Translations under genes and position numbers: made by a program
Notes under the pieces: generated by a model
What the model saw: only the letters and a program-made list of their open reading frames with translations
What the model was told of the DNA's origin: nothing
The model's database searches: none
Shown: one piece after another, positions 12,851-26,989 of the stretch
How positions within the stretch are numbered: position 1 is the stretch's first letter
Layout: each line of letters starts with the position of its first letter
Assembly: GCF_006345805.1 (NCBI RefSeq)
Contig: NC_043023.1
Location: forward strand, 10,416,001-10,480,000
DNA: 64,000 nucleotides
Source of the DNA: Octopus sinensis
Taxonomy: Eukaryota
Direction: 5' to 3'

Positions 12851-13679
12851 CGGGCGAAAGCTGGTCTTGTAAATAATAATCATAACATTTAACTTGGGGT
12901 ATTTCCGTGGGTTGTGGAGTATAGATATAACGAAATTATGCCAGCAATGTCTCGTTTTAAACTTGAAGAAAAAAAAGCCTTGCATATTTGTTCTTAACTG
13001 TTTCAGGTGTAAAATCCGCAAATTTCCAAGCAGAAAACAGAATCGGATTGTCATTTGCTTCCACGGAAATACCCGAAGTGAAATGTTTTAGTTTTGTCGA
13101 GTTATATCGAAGGAATGCCTCCGAATGAATGCGTAGAAATTATAAAATTATTATTACTTACAAGAAATTAATTAACGTTTAATTAAGCGGATTTGTCGAT
13201 TTCAACATTCGGGTGGCTCCGGCGGTTCCGGCTTGGCGAATATTTTAAAGTGAAAATCTTCAGAGATCAATAAATATTTAGTCCTGTTATCTAACTTTTG
13301 ACCCCAGAGAGATCGATGTGTTTGCTATCTCAGCTGATCTCCTCATATTTCGCCCTCGATCCAAAACAAAACATCAGGTTTGTAAATACATATACCGGTG
13401 CTTTCTAATATAAGTACCTCGTGTTACTTCTTCCGTACTACATCTGATTCCGGACATAATAAATCTAGATAGGGGCAAATTAGTTTTTTTTTGTGTGTTT
13501 TTAGCTTTAAGTAAAAGTAAGAGAAGATAACTCTCAATCTCGGTTTTCACGTGCTATTCCTATAAGGTGGTACTCCTACACATGTGCGCCCCTCGATTTT
13601 GTTTCCTCATAACATTTAGACAAATAGATAATTTTAGATGAAATTTTCTACAAATACGCTTCAGATGGCGTAGATTCTG

Positions 13680-14081
13680 GGTACTACTAGCGAACAGTGG
13701 CCCCGGTGCGCTGTTCCGCGCTAGCTAGACGTAAGTAGTCGATCCTACAACATTTTAACCCTTACCCTGAACCTAATTTTTTAACCCCAACCCTAAACCT
13801 AATTTTTTAAACCCTAACCCTAAACCTAAATCTAATTTTTTTAACCCTAACCCTAAACAGTGGTCCCGGTGCGCGCATCCGCGCTAGCTAGACGTAAGTA
13901 GTCGATTCTACAACTTTTAAACCCTAAGCCTAACCCTAATCCTACTTTTTTAACCCTAACCTTTGTTTATAAAAATAATTTATTTACTTAGTTTATAAAA
14001 TTATGTAGGATCGACTACTTACGTCTGGCTAGCGCGGATGTGCGAGTGCGCACACCGGGACCACTGTTCGCTAGTAGTACC
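13680..14081. mobile_element. 402-bp MITE with 9-bp TSD (Mutator-like) and internal telomere-like repeats
   Basis: TIRs ggtactactagcgaacagtgg / ccactgttcgctagtagtacc; TSD TAGATTCTG at 13671-13679 and 14082-14090. Confidence 0.85.
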
Positions 14082-14454
14082 TAGATTCTGATTATATCGG
14101 AATGTGTTGCGAAAAAAAGTTTTTCCGTGATTGGAAAGAGAAATTTAGGAAAATTCACACAAGTTAGTTTTGTTCCTTCGTAACTTTCAGGAAAACGGGT
14201 ATTTTTCAATGAAATTTTCTACAAATATTTCTCAGAGTGCATAAATGTGTAAATTACGATAATATTGGAATTTAACATGAAAAACAAAACTGTTTGGCAC
14301 AGACATGATTTTTTTTTTTTTTTTTTTCAAAATTTGAAGTTTAATCTAGATATATGTAAAGGGTGTCAGTATATATGTGTATAAGCCCACCAAATTTATA
14401 TTTTCATATTAAATTCCGATATAATCATAATCTACACATTCTGAACCGTCAATA

Positions 14455-15330
14455 TCACTCCGACCCTTTCTTCTGTTCTCTCTCTCATCCTTTCTATTTC
14501 TTCTCATCCTCTCTCTATTTCTCCTATTCCCCTCTATTTCTTCTCTTCCCCTCTATTTCTTCTCATCCTCTCTATTTCTTCTCATCCTCTCTATTTCTCC
14601 TCTTCCCCTCTATTTCTTCTCATCCTCTCTATTTCCTCTCATCCTCTCTATATCTTCTCCTCCTCTATTTCCTCTCTATATCTTCTCATCCTCTCTATTT
14701 CTTCTCTTCCTCCCTATTTCTTCTCATCCTCTCTATTTCTTCTCATCCTCTCTATTTCTTCTCCTACCCTCTCACTGTCTTACATGAACCCAACGACATT
14801 TTCCCGCCTTTTCCCTTCCCAGCAGACGACACCCTTCCACAGAGACAGACGACCATTTAATCTGTTCTTGTATTCTTGTGTATTTCTGTCATTCTTTACG
14901 CAATTTTCCATCTAATGTCCACTTTAAAGGTAAAAACTATTTTATTTTTCACTGAAAAAAATTCAACAAAACCACATTAAGTTATTTCTTGTGTTTGTTT
15001 GACATTTTGAATTCGTTTGAGAAAGTTTTCCATCTCTTGTTTAATTTTAAGATTAACTTGTTAAAATAATGGAAATTGAAAAAAGTAAAATGTATTTTTG
15101 ATTGAAAAATTTATTTCTCATTAAAAAAAATATCAATAATATATTTAAAAAAAATTTCGATATGTTACCTTCAATTTTCATGTCATTTCATGGGAGAAAT
15201 CTATTTTGACAATGTTTCTTGTAAAGACACACTGTATATAGATACCTGCATCTATGTGTATATAAGTGTGTATAAGTATGTATGAAATACAGATATATTT
15301 GTCTTTTTGTGCGTAATACATGCAAAAGGA
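14455..15330 (+). repeat. Local duplication, copy 1 (CT-rich tract plus unique block); copy 2 at about 17500-18480
   Basis: ttttcccgccttttcccttcccagcagacgacacc...gtccactttaaaggtaaaaacta repeated at about 17853-17992. Confidence 0.8.
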
Positions 15331-15379
15331 ACAGATGTTTACTATGAGTGTATGATAGACATGTATATATGTGTGTGTG

Positions 15380-15430
<51 letters not shown>

Positions 15431-15439
<9 letters not shown>

Positions 15440-15672
15440 AATGCGTCGCACTAGGAGGAACTCTTAAAGTCAAAACTACCATAATTTTTGACTTTAGGAG
15501 TCCCTCCTAGCGTGAGGCATTTATGTATATAAATGTTTTATGGAATATATTTATATATATTACGTAAAACATTTATATACATAAATGACTCGCACTAGGA
15601 GGGACTCTTAAAGTCAAAACTACCATAATTTTTGACTTTAGGAGTCCCTCCTAGCGTGAGGCATTTATGTAT
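15431..15672. repeat. Tandem nested palindromes (hairpin, AT hairpin, hairpin)
   Basis: Two copies of cgcactaggagggactcttaaagtcaaaa-ctaccataa-ttttgactttaggagtccctcctagcgtg around a palindrome with a 22-bp stem. Confidence 0.85.
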
Positions 15673-15837
15673 AGTAATGCCCTTAATACAAATAAAGATC
15701 AATATATTTGAGAGGCATAATTGATGGATTTTTCCCTTATGAGGTTTTTCACGCTAACTACTTGATAAATTCTTATAAAGATTTTATCCTATTTTTCAAT
15801 TCTATGTATGCATAGGTATTTATATGTAAACAAACAT

Positions 15838-15871
<34 letters not shown>

Positions 15872-16069
15872 TTTCGGAATAGCTGTTCCGTATTAGTTGG
15901 GTTTTCTCCATTATTGCCGGGATTTTTCACATATTTACTTTTAGCTTCATTCACTTCAAACTGATGGGATAGAGAGAGGCATTTTCTAAATGGGAAATTC
16001 TTGATCCATAGTTTTTTTATTCCCATCGATCTCCCTTCCCGTACCTTCACGACATCAACCAGTTTAAAG

Positions 16070-16108
16070 ATATATATATACATACGTATGTACGTATGTA
16101 TGTATGTA

Positions 16109-16140
<32 letters not shown>

Positions 16141-16316
16141 CGTATGTATATATGTACGTATGTATATATATATGTGTATGTATGTATGTATGTATATATG
16201 TACGTATGTATATATGTACGTATGTATATATATATATGTGTATGTATGTATGTATATATGTACGTATGTATGTATATATGTACGTATGTATGTATATATA
16301 TGTGTATGTATGTATG

Positions 16317-16349
<33 letters not shown>

Positions 16350-16495
16350 GTTTGTATGTATGTACGTATGTACGTATGTATATATACTAATACAATTGTT
16401 TGTTTGTATTCCACCTGCCTTCGTCTTTTGTCTATTTTCATAAAGCTTCCCGTTATATATATATATATGTATGTATACGTATGTATATATGTACG

Positions 16496-16540
<45 letters not shown>

Positions 16541-16685
16541 ATATATATGTTATATATGTTTGTATATATGTATATGTATGTATGTATGTACATATGTATG
16601 TATATATATATATATATATGTTATATATGTTTGTATATATGTATATGTATGTATGTATGTACATATGTTTGTATATATGTATATG

Positions 16686-16719
<34 letters not shown>

Positions 16720-16995
16720 TATATCTATGTATATATATGTATGTATGTATGTATATATATATGTATATATATGTATGTGTGTATGTATATATGTATGTAT
16801 ATGTATGTATGTATATATATATATGTATGTATGTATGTATATATATATATGTATATATGTATGTATGTATATATATATATGTATATATGTATGTATATAT
16901 GTATATATGTATGTATATATATATATATGTATATATGTATGTATATATATATATGTATATATGTATGTATATATATATATGTATGTGTGTATGTA
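16070..16995. repeat. Compound (TA)/(ATGT)/(ACGT) microsatellite
   Basis: Direct inspection. Confidence 0.95.
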
Positions 16996-16999
16996 TTCT

Positions 17000-17521
17000 C
17001 TTTCCCTTTTGTTTACGTTTTGCATTATTCCTCTTTTTCCCTTTGCCCTACTCTCACCCTCTCTATATTTCCCTCTCTTTTCTATATTCCTTTCTCTCCT
17101 CCCTCTCTCTTCTTTGTAGCTGCCTCTCTTTCTCTGTTCCCTTCATAACTCTATCACTCCTGCCCCTTTCTCTCTCACAATTTCTCTTCTTCTCTCCCAA
17201 CATACCTCTCTGTCATTTATTACATTCGTTCTCCTTTATTACGCTTTCTCTTCCCTCTCCTCTCTCTCTCTCTGTCTTGTGCGTCTCTATCCCCCCTCTT
17301 CCTTTACCAAATGTATAACTCTCTTCATCTCCCTCTCTCTATGTCTATCTATTTCTCTTCGTTATCACTCTCTCTCTCTCATTCCCTCTTTCTCTCTCTC
17401 TGTCTTTATCATTAGGTCCCTCCCTTCTTCCTTTTGTTTCCCCTCTCTCTTCCTTTTACTCTTTTCATCTCTGCGCCTTTCATATTTCTCTTTGCCGTCC
17501 CTATCACTCCGACCCTTTTTC

Positions 17522-17552
<31 letters not shown>

Positions 17553-17840
17553 GTCTTGTGCGTCTCTATCCCCCCTCTTCCTTTACCAAATGTATAATTC
17601 TCTTCATATCTCTCTCTCTATGTCTATCTATTTCTCTTCGTTATCACTCTCTCTCTCTCATTCTCTCTGTCTTTATCATTAGGTCCCTCCATTCTTCCTT
17701 TCGTTTCCCCTCTCTCTTCCTTTCACTCTTTTCATCTCTGCACCTTTTATATTTCTCTTTTCCCTCCTTATCACTCCAACCCTTTCTTCTCTCCTCCCTC
17801 TTCCCTTCTATATCTCTCCCTCTCTCCCTCCCTTTACATC
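17000..17840. repeat. CT-rich low-complexity region with an about 278-bp tandem duplication
   Basis: ctgtcttgtgcgtctctatcccccctcttcctttaccaaatg at about 17273 and 17551. Confidence 0.8.
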
Positions 17841-18620
17841 AAACATCCCACCATTTCCCGCCTTTTCCCTTCCCAGCAGACGACACCCTACAACAAAGAC
17901 AGACGACCATTTAATCTGTTCTTGTATTCTTGTGTATTTCTGTCATTCTTTACGCAATTTTCCATCTAATGTCCACTTTAAAGGTAAAAACTACTTTATT
18001 TTTCACTGAAAAAAATTCAACAAAACCACCTCAAGTTATTTCTTGTGTTTGTTTGCCCAGTTTTTTTCTTGTTTCGTTTTAAGATTAACTTTTTTAAAAC
18101 AATGAAAAGTTTGACAAGAAAAATATATTTTTGAGAAATGATTGAAAAATTTATTTCTCATTAACAAAATGTCAATAATTTGTTTTGTTTTGTTTCGTTT
18201 TATATCTATAAAGTAATTATAATATCGAAAGTAATTTGTCTGAATGGAATTATGGATATTTTTGAGTGAGATAATACATTATTTTAAGATCATTATTGTG
18301 TAAGAATTTTCTCTTTGATTCATCAAAATGTTCAAATCATTTTGTCTTTCATTTTTATGTCATTTCACGGGAGAAATCTGTTTGATATTGTTTCTTATAG
18401 AGACAAACTATATAGATACGTGCATCTATGCGTAGACATGAGTGTGTATAAGACATGAAATATAGATATATCTATATGTCTGTAGTTCTGCGAAATACAA
18501 TTCTACCCTAAACGTGTGTGTGTACATGTGTATGTGTGTGCATGTATATGTGCAAAGATGGAGAGAGAGAGAGAAAGACAGAAAATGGGTGCAAAGAAAG
18601 AGTGAGAGTGAAGAAAGCGT

Positions 18621-19102
18621 GGATCTTTGCGGTTTGACCGGCAGTTTTTTTCTAGCGGTGTCATGAAATTTTCACCCATAATTATGACCCCAGTATTGAT
18701 CTATTGCATTTCAATCTGTTTTAGGGTTAGGGTTAGGGGTGGGAGGAAGGGTATCTTTTTTTCTTCAGAAATGTAAATAAACCCAGTTTGTTTCTTAAAC
18801 GAGGGACGTATTCATACGGCACAGAATGTTTTTTTTACCTCAATAGACGTCAGTGATTGGTTGAAATTGCAGAAAAAACCCAACAAATATCTTACAAACT
18901 ATAGAATTTTCTCAATAAAGCCAAGAGAAAAAGATGTTTTATAAACACATTCTACCAGTATACGAAGTTTAAAAGTGTTTAGTTACCTAGAAAATTATTA
19001 TTCAAACCAAAAAGATCCTAGATCGATACTAGGGTCATAATTATGGGTGACAATTTCATATGACACCGTTAGAAAAAACTGCCGTTCAAACCGAAAAGCT
19101 CC
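18621..19102. mobile_element. MITE with about 85-bp TIRs and an internal (TTAGGG)-like tract
   Basis: ggatctttgcggtttgaccggcagttttt...gatcta mirrored by tagatc...aaaaactgccgttcaaaccgaaaagctcc; related fragment at about 6140-6260. Confidence 0.75.
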
Positions 19103-19232
19103 TCAAATTGTCTTTCTTTATTTGAATGACATTGCCAGGTTTGGAGAAATCTTTATTTCTGAGGTTGTTTCTTTCCATAAAAGATGGAGAGATGGACTCT
19201 CTTCGTCATTGTGATGTATTTTGCAACACACA

Positions 19233-19283
<51 letters not shown>

Positions 19284-19294
19284 ACACACACGCA

Positions 19295-19650
19295 AAGATA
19301 CTGCTGAAAAGTTCCTAGCGCTGGGTAAAAGAAAATAGAGGTGGATCAGTTAATTACGATTTAATACAGCATATTTCTCTCTCAGATTCACCCACTCATT
19401 GCAGCGGTCCTTCAGTTTTCCTAAGCCCTGTAAAAGAACTCGGAAAGTTGAACCTCCAACCAGATCTTACGCGACACCCGTAAAGCAAGGAACAAATTCA
19501 GCTGCAGATCATATGATTCTATAATTAGTGCACAAAATGCTTCAAGAGTTGCGGTCCATCATGTTCAGTACAATGTATTTATTATGGTAGTTTTGACTTT
19601 AAGAGTCCCTTTTAGTGTGAGGTATTTATGTATGGTAGTGCCCTTAATAT
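19295..19650 (-). mobile_element. Mariner transposase C-terminal remnant with TIR-like end
   Basis: Minus strand WLEVQLSEFF(fs)QGLGKLKDRCNEWVNLREKYA; ctgaaaagttcct end motif at about 19303. Confidence 0.6.
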
Positions 19651-19656
19651 GAATAA

Positions 19657-19715
<59 letters not shown>

Positions 19716-20063
19716 CTACAAAATTAGAAAATGGAGAAAACATACTTAAATCAATCAAACATCAACCATCAGATGATACCCAATCAATACTTTATTACAC
19801 CATTACATAACAGTAAAGGCATTATACAAAATATATTGTAAATATAATTAGACAAGGAAATAGAAATATAAAATATAATATATAATTATATAATTATATA
19901 TATATATATATATATGAATGTTTTATTTTTTTTTTTTTTCTTTTAGATGAATTCTAAAGCTGATATTAACCTCAACAATGTATCTGGGGATATTGAACCC
20001 TTTTTCACTAAAGCACAACTGGAGAATATGTCTAAATAAATACACACACACACATATATGTAT

Positions 20064-20127
<64 letters not shown>

Positions 20128-20128
<1 letters not shown>

Positions 20129-22746
20129 AAAGAAGACCAGCTCGGAGGAGAAGAGTCTGGAAACTTAAAGATCCTGAAAATGGACGGAGATTTAGAGAAG
20201 TTCTACTCGAAGCTTTCGACGAAATAGAAAGGGATATAGCATCACATAATGTGGAAGCCAACTGGAGGTTTCTACGGGACAATCTGCTGAGAGCCACTGA
20301 CCAGATCTGTGGGTGGAGCAAAGTCCCATCTCATCCCAGGGTAACATGGTGGTGGAACAATGTTGTAGACAGGGCTATTAGAGACAAGAGACAGGCTTGG
20401 AAGGACTGGAGGAAACGCGGTAGTAGGGAATTGTATCAGACTGCGAAAAGAGAAGCTAGGAGACAGGTATATTTAGCTAGAGGGGAAGCAGATTAGAAAA
20501 AATTTGCCAATGTTCTGCACCGCGAGGACCAAAGACTTGAGGTGTTTCGTGTTGCAAGACAGTGTGTGAGAGAGAATCGTGATGTGGTAGGAGAGAAATG
20601 TGTCCGCATGGATGATGGTTCACTTGCGCTAAATGAGGATGCAAAGAGAGAGGTTTGGAGATGCCACTATGAAAGGTTGCTCAACAAAGAGAATGAATGG
20701 GATAATGAGAGTCTGCCGAATGTTGACCCAATAGAGGGACCAGCTATCCGAGTTGACAGTTCCATGGTAATTAAGGCAATTGGAAGCATGAAGACAGGGA
20801 AAGCCCCAGGCCCATCAGGAATTACTGCTGAGATGCTCAAAATATCTGGCAGTGTCGGCTATAGCCTAGTCACCCGTATAGTTAACCAGGTGATACACGA
20901 AGAAGTCATACCCAATGACTGGTGTAGCAGCATAATAGTTAACTGCTACAAAGGTAAAGGTGACGCCCTAGATACAAATAACTACAGGGGTATCAAGCTG
21001 CTGGATCAGGTAATGAAGGTTACGGAGAGCGTTATAGCCCAACTAATTAGAGAGAGAATTAGCTTAGATGAGATGCAGTTTGGGTTCGTGCCAGGGAGAA
21101 GTACTACTGATGCTATATTCCTGGTAAGACAGCTGCAGGAGAAATACCTAGCCAAAGATAAGCCCCTGTACCTGGCTTTTGTCGATATGGAGAAAGCCTT
21201 CGACAGGGTCCCCCGATCCCTTATCTGGTGGTCAATGAGGAAACTAGGGATAGATGAATGGTTAGTGAGTGCTGTGCGTGCTACGTACAGGGACGCTGTT
21301 AGTAAGGTGAGGGTTGGCAACGAGTACAGTGAAGAATTCCGGGTGGAGGTTGGGGTCCACCAAGGCTCAGTCCTCACCCCCCTCCTATTTATCATAGTCC
21401 TCCAGGCAATAACGGAGGAATTCAAGACAGGATGCCCCTGGGCGCTCCTCTATGCTGACGACCTTGCTCTAATTGCTGAATCACTATCAGAACTCGAGGT
21501 GAAGTTTCAGGCGTGGAAGCAAGGATTATAATCGAAGGGCCTTAGAGTCAATCTAGCTAAAACCAAAGTCCTAATAAGTAGGAAGGTAGACAAATCTCAA
21601 ACACCTTTAGGTAGATGGCCCTGCTCGATCTGTAGAAAAGGCGTAGGTAGGAACTCTATAAGATGCACCAAGTGTAAGCTATGGACACATAAGAGGTGCA
21701 ACAATGTCAAAGGAAGGCTAACTAGGAAGATAGTTTTTGTATGTGGCAGATGCTCTGGTTCAATAAAGACTGAAGAAGTGCAGAGACCATCTTCCGCCAC
21801 ATTCCAGGGAGAAAAACTTGAAATTGTTGATAGTTTCCGTTACATAGGTGACCAAGGGTGGGTGTGCTGAAAGTGTAACTGCTAGAGTAAGAATAGCCTG
21901 GGCAAAGTTCAGAGAGCACTTACCTCTGCTGGTGACAAAAGGCCTCTCGCACAGAGTAAAAGGCAGACTGTATGACGCATGTGTGCGAACAGCCATGCTA
22001 CATGGCAGTGGAACATGGGCCGTGACTGCTGAGGATATGCGTAAGCTCGCAAGAAATAAAGCCAGTATGCTCCGTTGGATGTGTAATGTCAGTGTTCATA
22101 CCCGACAGAGTGTAAGTGCCTTGAGAGTAAAGTTGAACCTAAGAAGCATCAGATGTGGTGTGCAAGAGAGGCATCTACGCTGGTATGGACACATAGTAAG
22201 AATGGATGAAGATAGTTGTGTGAAAAAGTGCCACACCCTAGCGGTTGAGGGAACCTGTGGAAGAGGTAGACCCAGGAAAACCTGGGACGAGGTGGTGAAG
22301 AACGACCTTCGCGCTTTAGGTCTCACTGAGGAAATGACCAGAGACCGAGACCTTTGGAAGTATGCTGTGCGCGAGAAGACCCGGCAGGACACATGAGGCC
22401 ATAACCCATGGCCCCTACCTGGGACGTAGTCAGTCCACCTGTGCATACCTTCCTTCTTGGGACACATAACTCTACTTGTGAAGACCTGTTGAGGCAAGTG
22501 AAAATCAAATCAAATCAAAATCGATGAACATCAATAGAATTTGTATTTTTGTGGTACCAGTGCTGGTGGCACATAAGAAAACAATCCGAACGTGGCCGTA
22601 GCCAGTACCGCATTGACTGGCCTCCATGCTGTGGGCACGTAACAAACACCATCCGATCGTCGCTGTATTTACCCGGTGCATATCGCCACACACTCCCGGA
22701 GACTGACGGCATCGATCGCGCCTATGTTAAACGATGATGATGATGA
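20128..22746 (+). mobile_element. 5'-truncated RTE-clade LINE, disabled ORF2 (RT)
   Basis: QFGFVPGRSTTDA, FVDMEKAFD, GVHQGSVL, YADD motifs; stops at 20494 and 21529, frameshifting deletion near 21855; 3' UTR and (GAT)n tail. Confidence 0.95.
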
Positions 22747-23045
22747 TATATACACACCTATATATATGTAATTTGGGTGTATGAGAATATATATATGTTT
22801 TATGATCTAAAAGGCTCCAGATAGGGTGTGGTTGAAAAAATCTTATGAATTCGAGCCATATTCATTATTCAATAGAAATCTAATCTGTTTCTCCTCTAAA
22901 TATTTAACTTTCTATGTAAAGCGACAACGTGACTTAACTATGAAAATGAGAGGGAGAGACTAAGAGAGAGAGGGGGAGGGGAGAGACAGAGGGTGGGGCA
23001 ATAAAGCATAGAGAGATATAACAACGCAACAACTCTGAGAGTGTA

Positions 23046-23670
23046 GTGGGTACTTTTACGTACGACTGGCATGAGGGCCAGTCAGGCGGTACTGGCAATG
23101 GCCACACTCGAAAGGGTGAATTTTATGTGCCACCTGCACAGAAGCCAATCAGCTGCTCTGGCAATGATCATGCTCAGATGGTGCTCTTAGTGCTCACTGG
23201 ATGGGTGTCAGTCATTGAATTTGCGAATTTGATTCAATTTCAATTTCACTTGCCTCAACAGGGCTTCGCAAGCAGAGTTTAGTGTCCAATGAAGGAAAGG
23301 TATACATAACTGCGCTGGTTACACCCCTGGCATAGGCCACTCGGTTTGCTGGGTCTTCTCATGCACTGCATATTTCCAAAGGTCTCAGTCACTAGTCATT
23401 GCCTCGGTGAGGCCTAAAGTTTGAAGGTTGTGCTTCACCACCTCATCCCAGGTCTTCCTGGGTCTACCTCTTCCACAGGTTCCCTCAACCACTAGGGTAT
23501 GGCACTTTTTCACATTCTCACCACATGTCCATACCAGCGCATTCGTCTCCCTTGCACACCATATCTGATGCTTCTTAAGTCCAACTTTTCTCTCAAAGAT
23601 GCTTACACTCTGTCGAGTATGCACAGACATTACACATCCAGCGGAGCATACTGGCTTCATTCCTTGCGAG
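23046..23670 (-). mobile_element. RTE 3' fragment, antisense
   Basis: LARNEASMLRW...GRGRPRKTWDEVVKHNLQTLGLTE plus the 3' UTR of the same family. Confidence 0.85.
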
Positions 23671-23865
23671 ACTGTTACAAAAGGCCTTCAAGACAAACAC
23701 AGAGGAAAATTTACTGAAATGGTCTTGGTTCACCAAGGCAGTTCTCCAGGACACAAATCTGTTCCAATGGCTGCTGTGTTTAACTGTGGATTTGAACTTG
23801 TTGACATCGATTTATCAATCCACCCTTGACAGAGCCAAATACACTCCGAATCTGGCCATTCTGCT
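23671..23865 (+). mobile_element. Mariner transposase remnant
   Basis: KGLQDKHRGKFTEMVLVHQGSSPGHKSVPMAAVFNCGFELVD then YTPNLA; resembles mariner VLFHQDNAPAH...GFELVDHPPYSPDLA. Confidence 0.7.
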
Positions 23866-24463
23866 GGTTTGCTGTCTATTTGGTGTCAAATTTCTTTTCA
23901 TCAGTGAACCCCAGTTAGGGCAGCATGCTTTCAACAATCTCACGCATGATAAGACGATTCCTCTCCACTCTCGTGGTTTTGTAAACTTGTATGAGCTCAT
24001 GACAATGGATCATCTTTTAGCGTTGGGTCCTGAGACCCTCCTTCAGTACTGGGATACATTGATGTTCAGCTCATTTTTCTGAGGGAATGATGAGGATTTC
24101 CCCATATCTTCTCTCTGGTACTTATGATAAGCTGAGTGGTCTGCACATTGCTTTTTTGGCCACGTCCAGGGTGATCAGCCGTGGAACCAGTCTCTTGAAA
24201 TTTCTTCACACTTTTCTTGACTGTTGTTCGGTTACTTTTAAGCATTTTTTGCTATAGTTGTATTACTTTCGCCTCCTTGGAGAGTATTATGATTGAATTT
24301 CGGTCTGTAGCCATTATCTAATCCATAAATATGAATTTATTTAGTCTGAAGCAAACACAAGACACACTAAGCTTTTACAATGATGTATAATTTTCATATC
24401 TTATCGCATCTATTGATTGTTATTAAAGTCCAAAATTGGGGGCCTTAATTTCGGAACACCCTG
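23866..24463 (-). mobile_element. Tc1/mariner-superfamily element (maT-like): left end and transposase N-terminus
   Basis: TA|CAGGGTGTTCCGAAATTAAGG terminus at 24463; ATG 24314; reads NRTTVKKSVKKFQETGSTADHPGRG ... FTDEKKFDT with several stops. Confidence 0.75.
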
Positions 24464-24518
24464 TACACACACACATACACATTATCATTATCTTCTTCTC
24501 TCTCTCTCTCCCATTCCC

Positions 24519-26440
<1,922 letters not shown>

Positions 26441-26590
26441 TTTATCCTGATACCTTCGGCATCTACATATCGAATTAGGCTGCAATTAGATTGAGGATGC
26501 CCGAGATCCTAGAGGACACACAGACAGACAGAACAGATTTTATATTATAAATATATATACGTATATACGTATGTATATATATATATATAT

Positions 26591-26869
26591 ATTAGAAAAA
26601 CTACCTTTTATCAATTCAAAATGAACAATTAAATTACACCATCTAGAAAATTACATATAATAGAAATATTAAAATTAAAATAACCATAAAATATCCATGA
26701 TTAAGTAAATTGCAAAAAAATAATAAGAACATATATAATGGGTAGAGTAACGACACGTCATTGATATTTTATTGTTATTTTAATTTTAATAATTCTATTA
26801 TATGTAATTTTCTAGATGGTGTAATTTAATTGTTCATTTTGAATTGATAAAAGGTGGTTTTTTTCTAAT
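26591..26869. mobile_element. AT-rich fold-back element with about 110-bp arms
   Basis: 26591-26700 reverse-complements 26758-26869; set in (TA)n. Confidence 0.7.
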
Positions 26870-26989
26870 TTTTCATATATATATATATATATATTATATT
26901 GTGAAATTTGATTTAGTATTTCTAAATTGAATTTTTTTCCTTGTGAGTTTGGATTTATATTCCCTCAAATAATTTTTATATGTATGTAT

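Noticed and set aside
13750-13960. Telomere or chromosome-fusion scar
   Set aside because: Hexamers are short, degenerate and enclosed by TIRs with a TSD.
20542-21531. Active reverse-transcriptase gene
   Set aside because: The element is 5'-truncated, lacks the endonuclease and has stops plus a frameshift.
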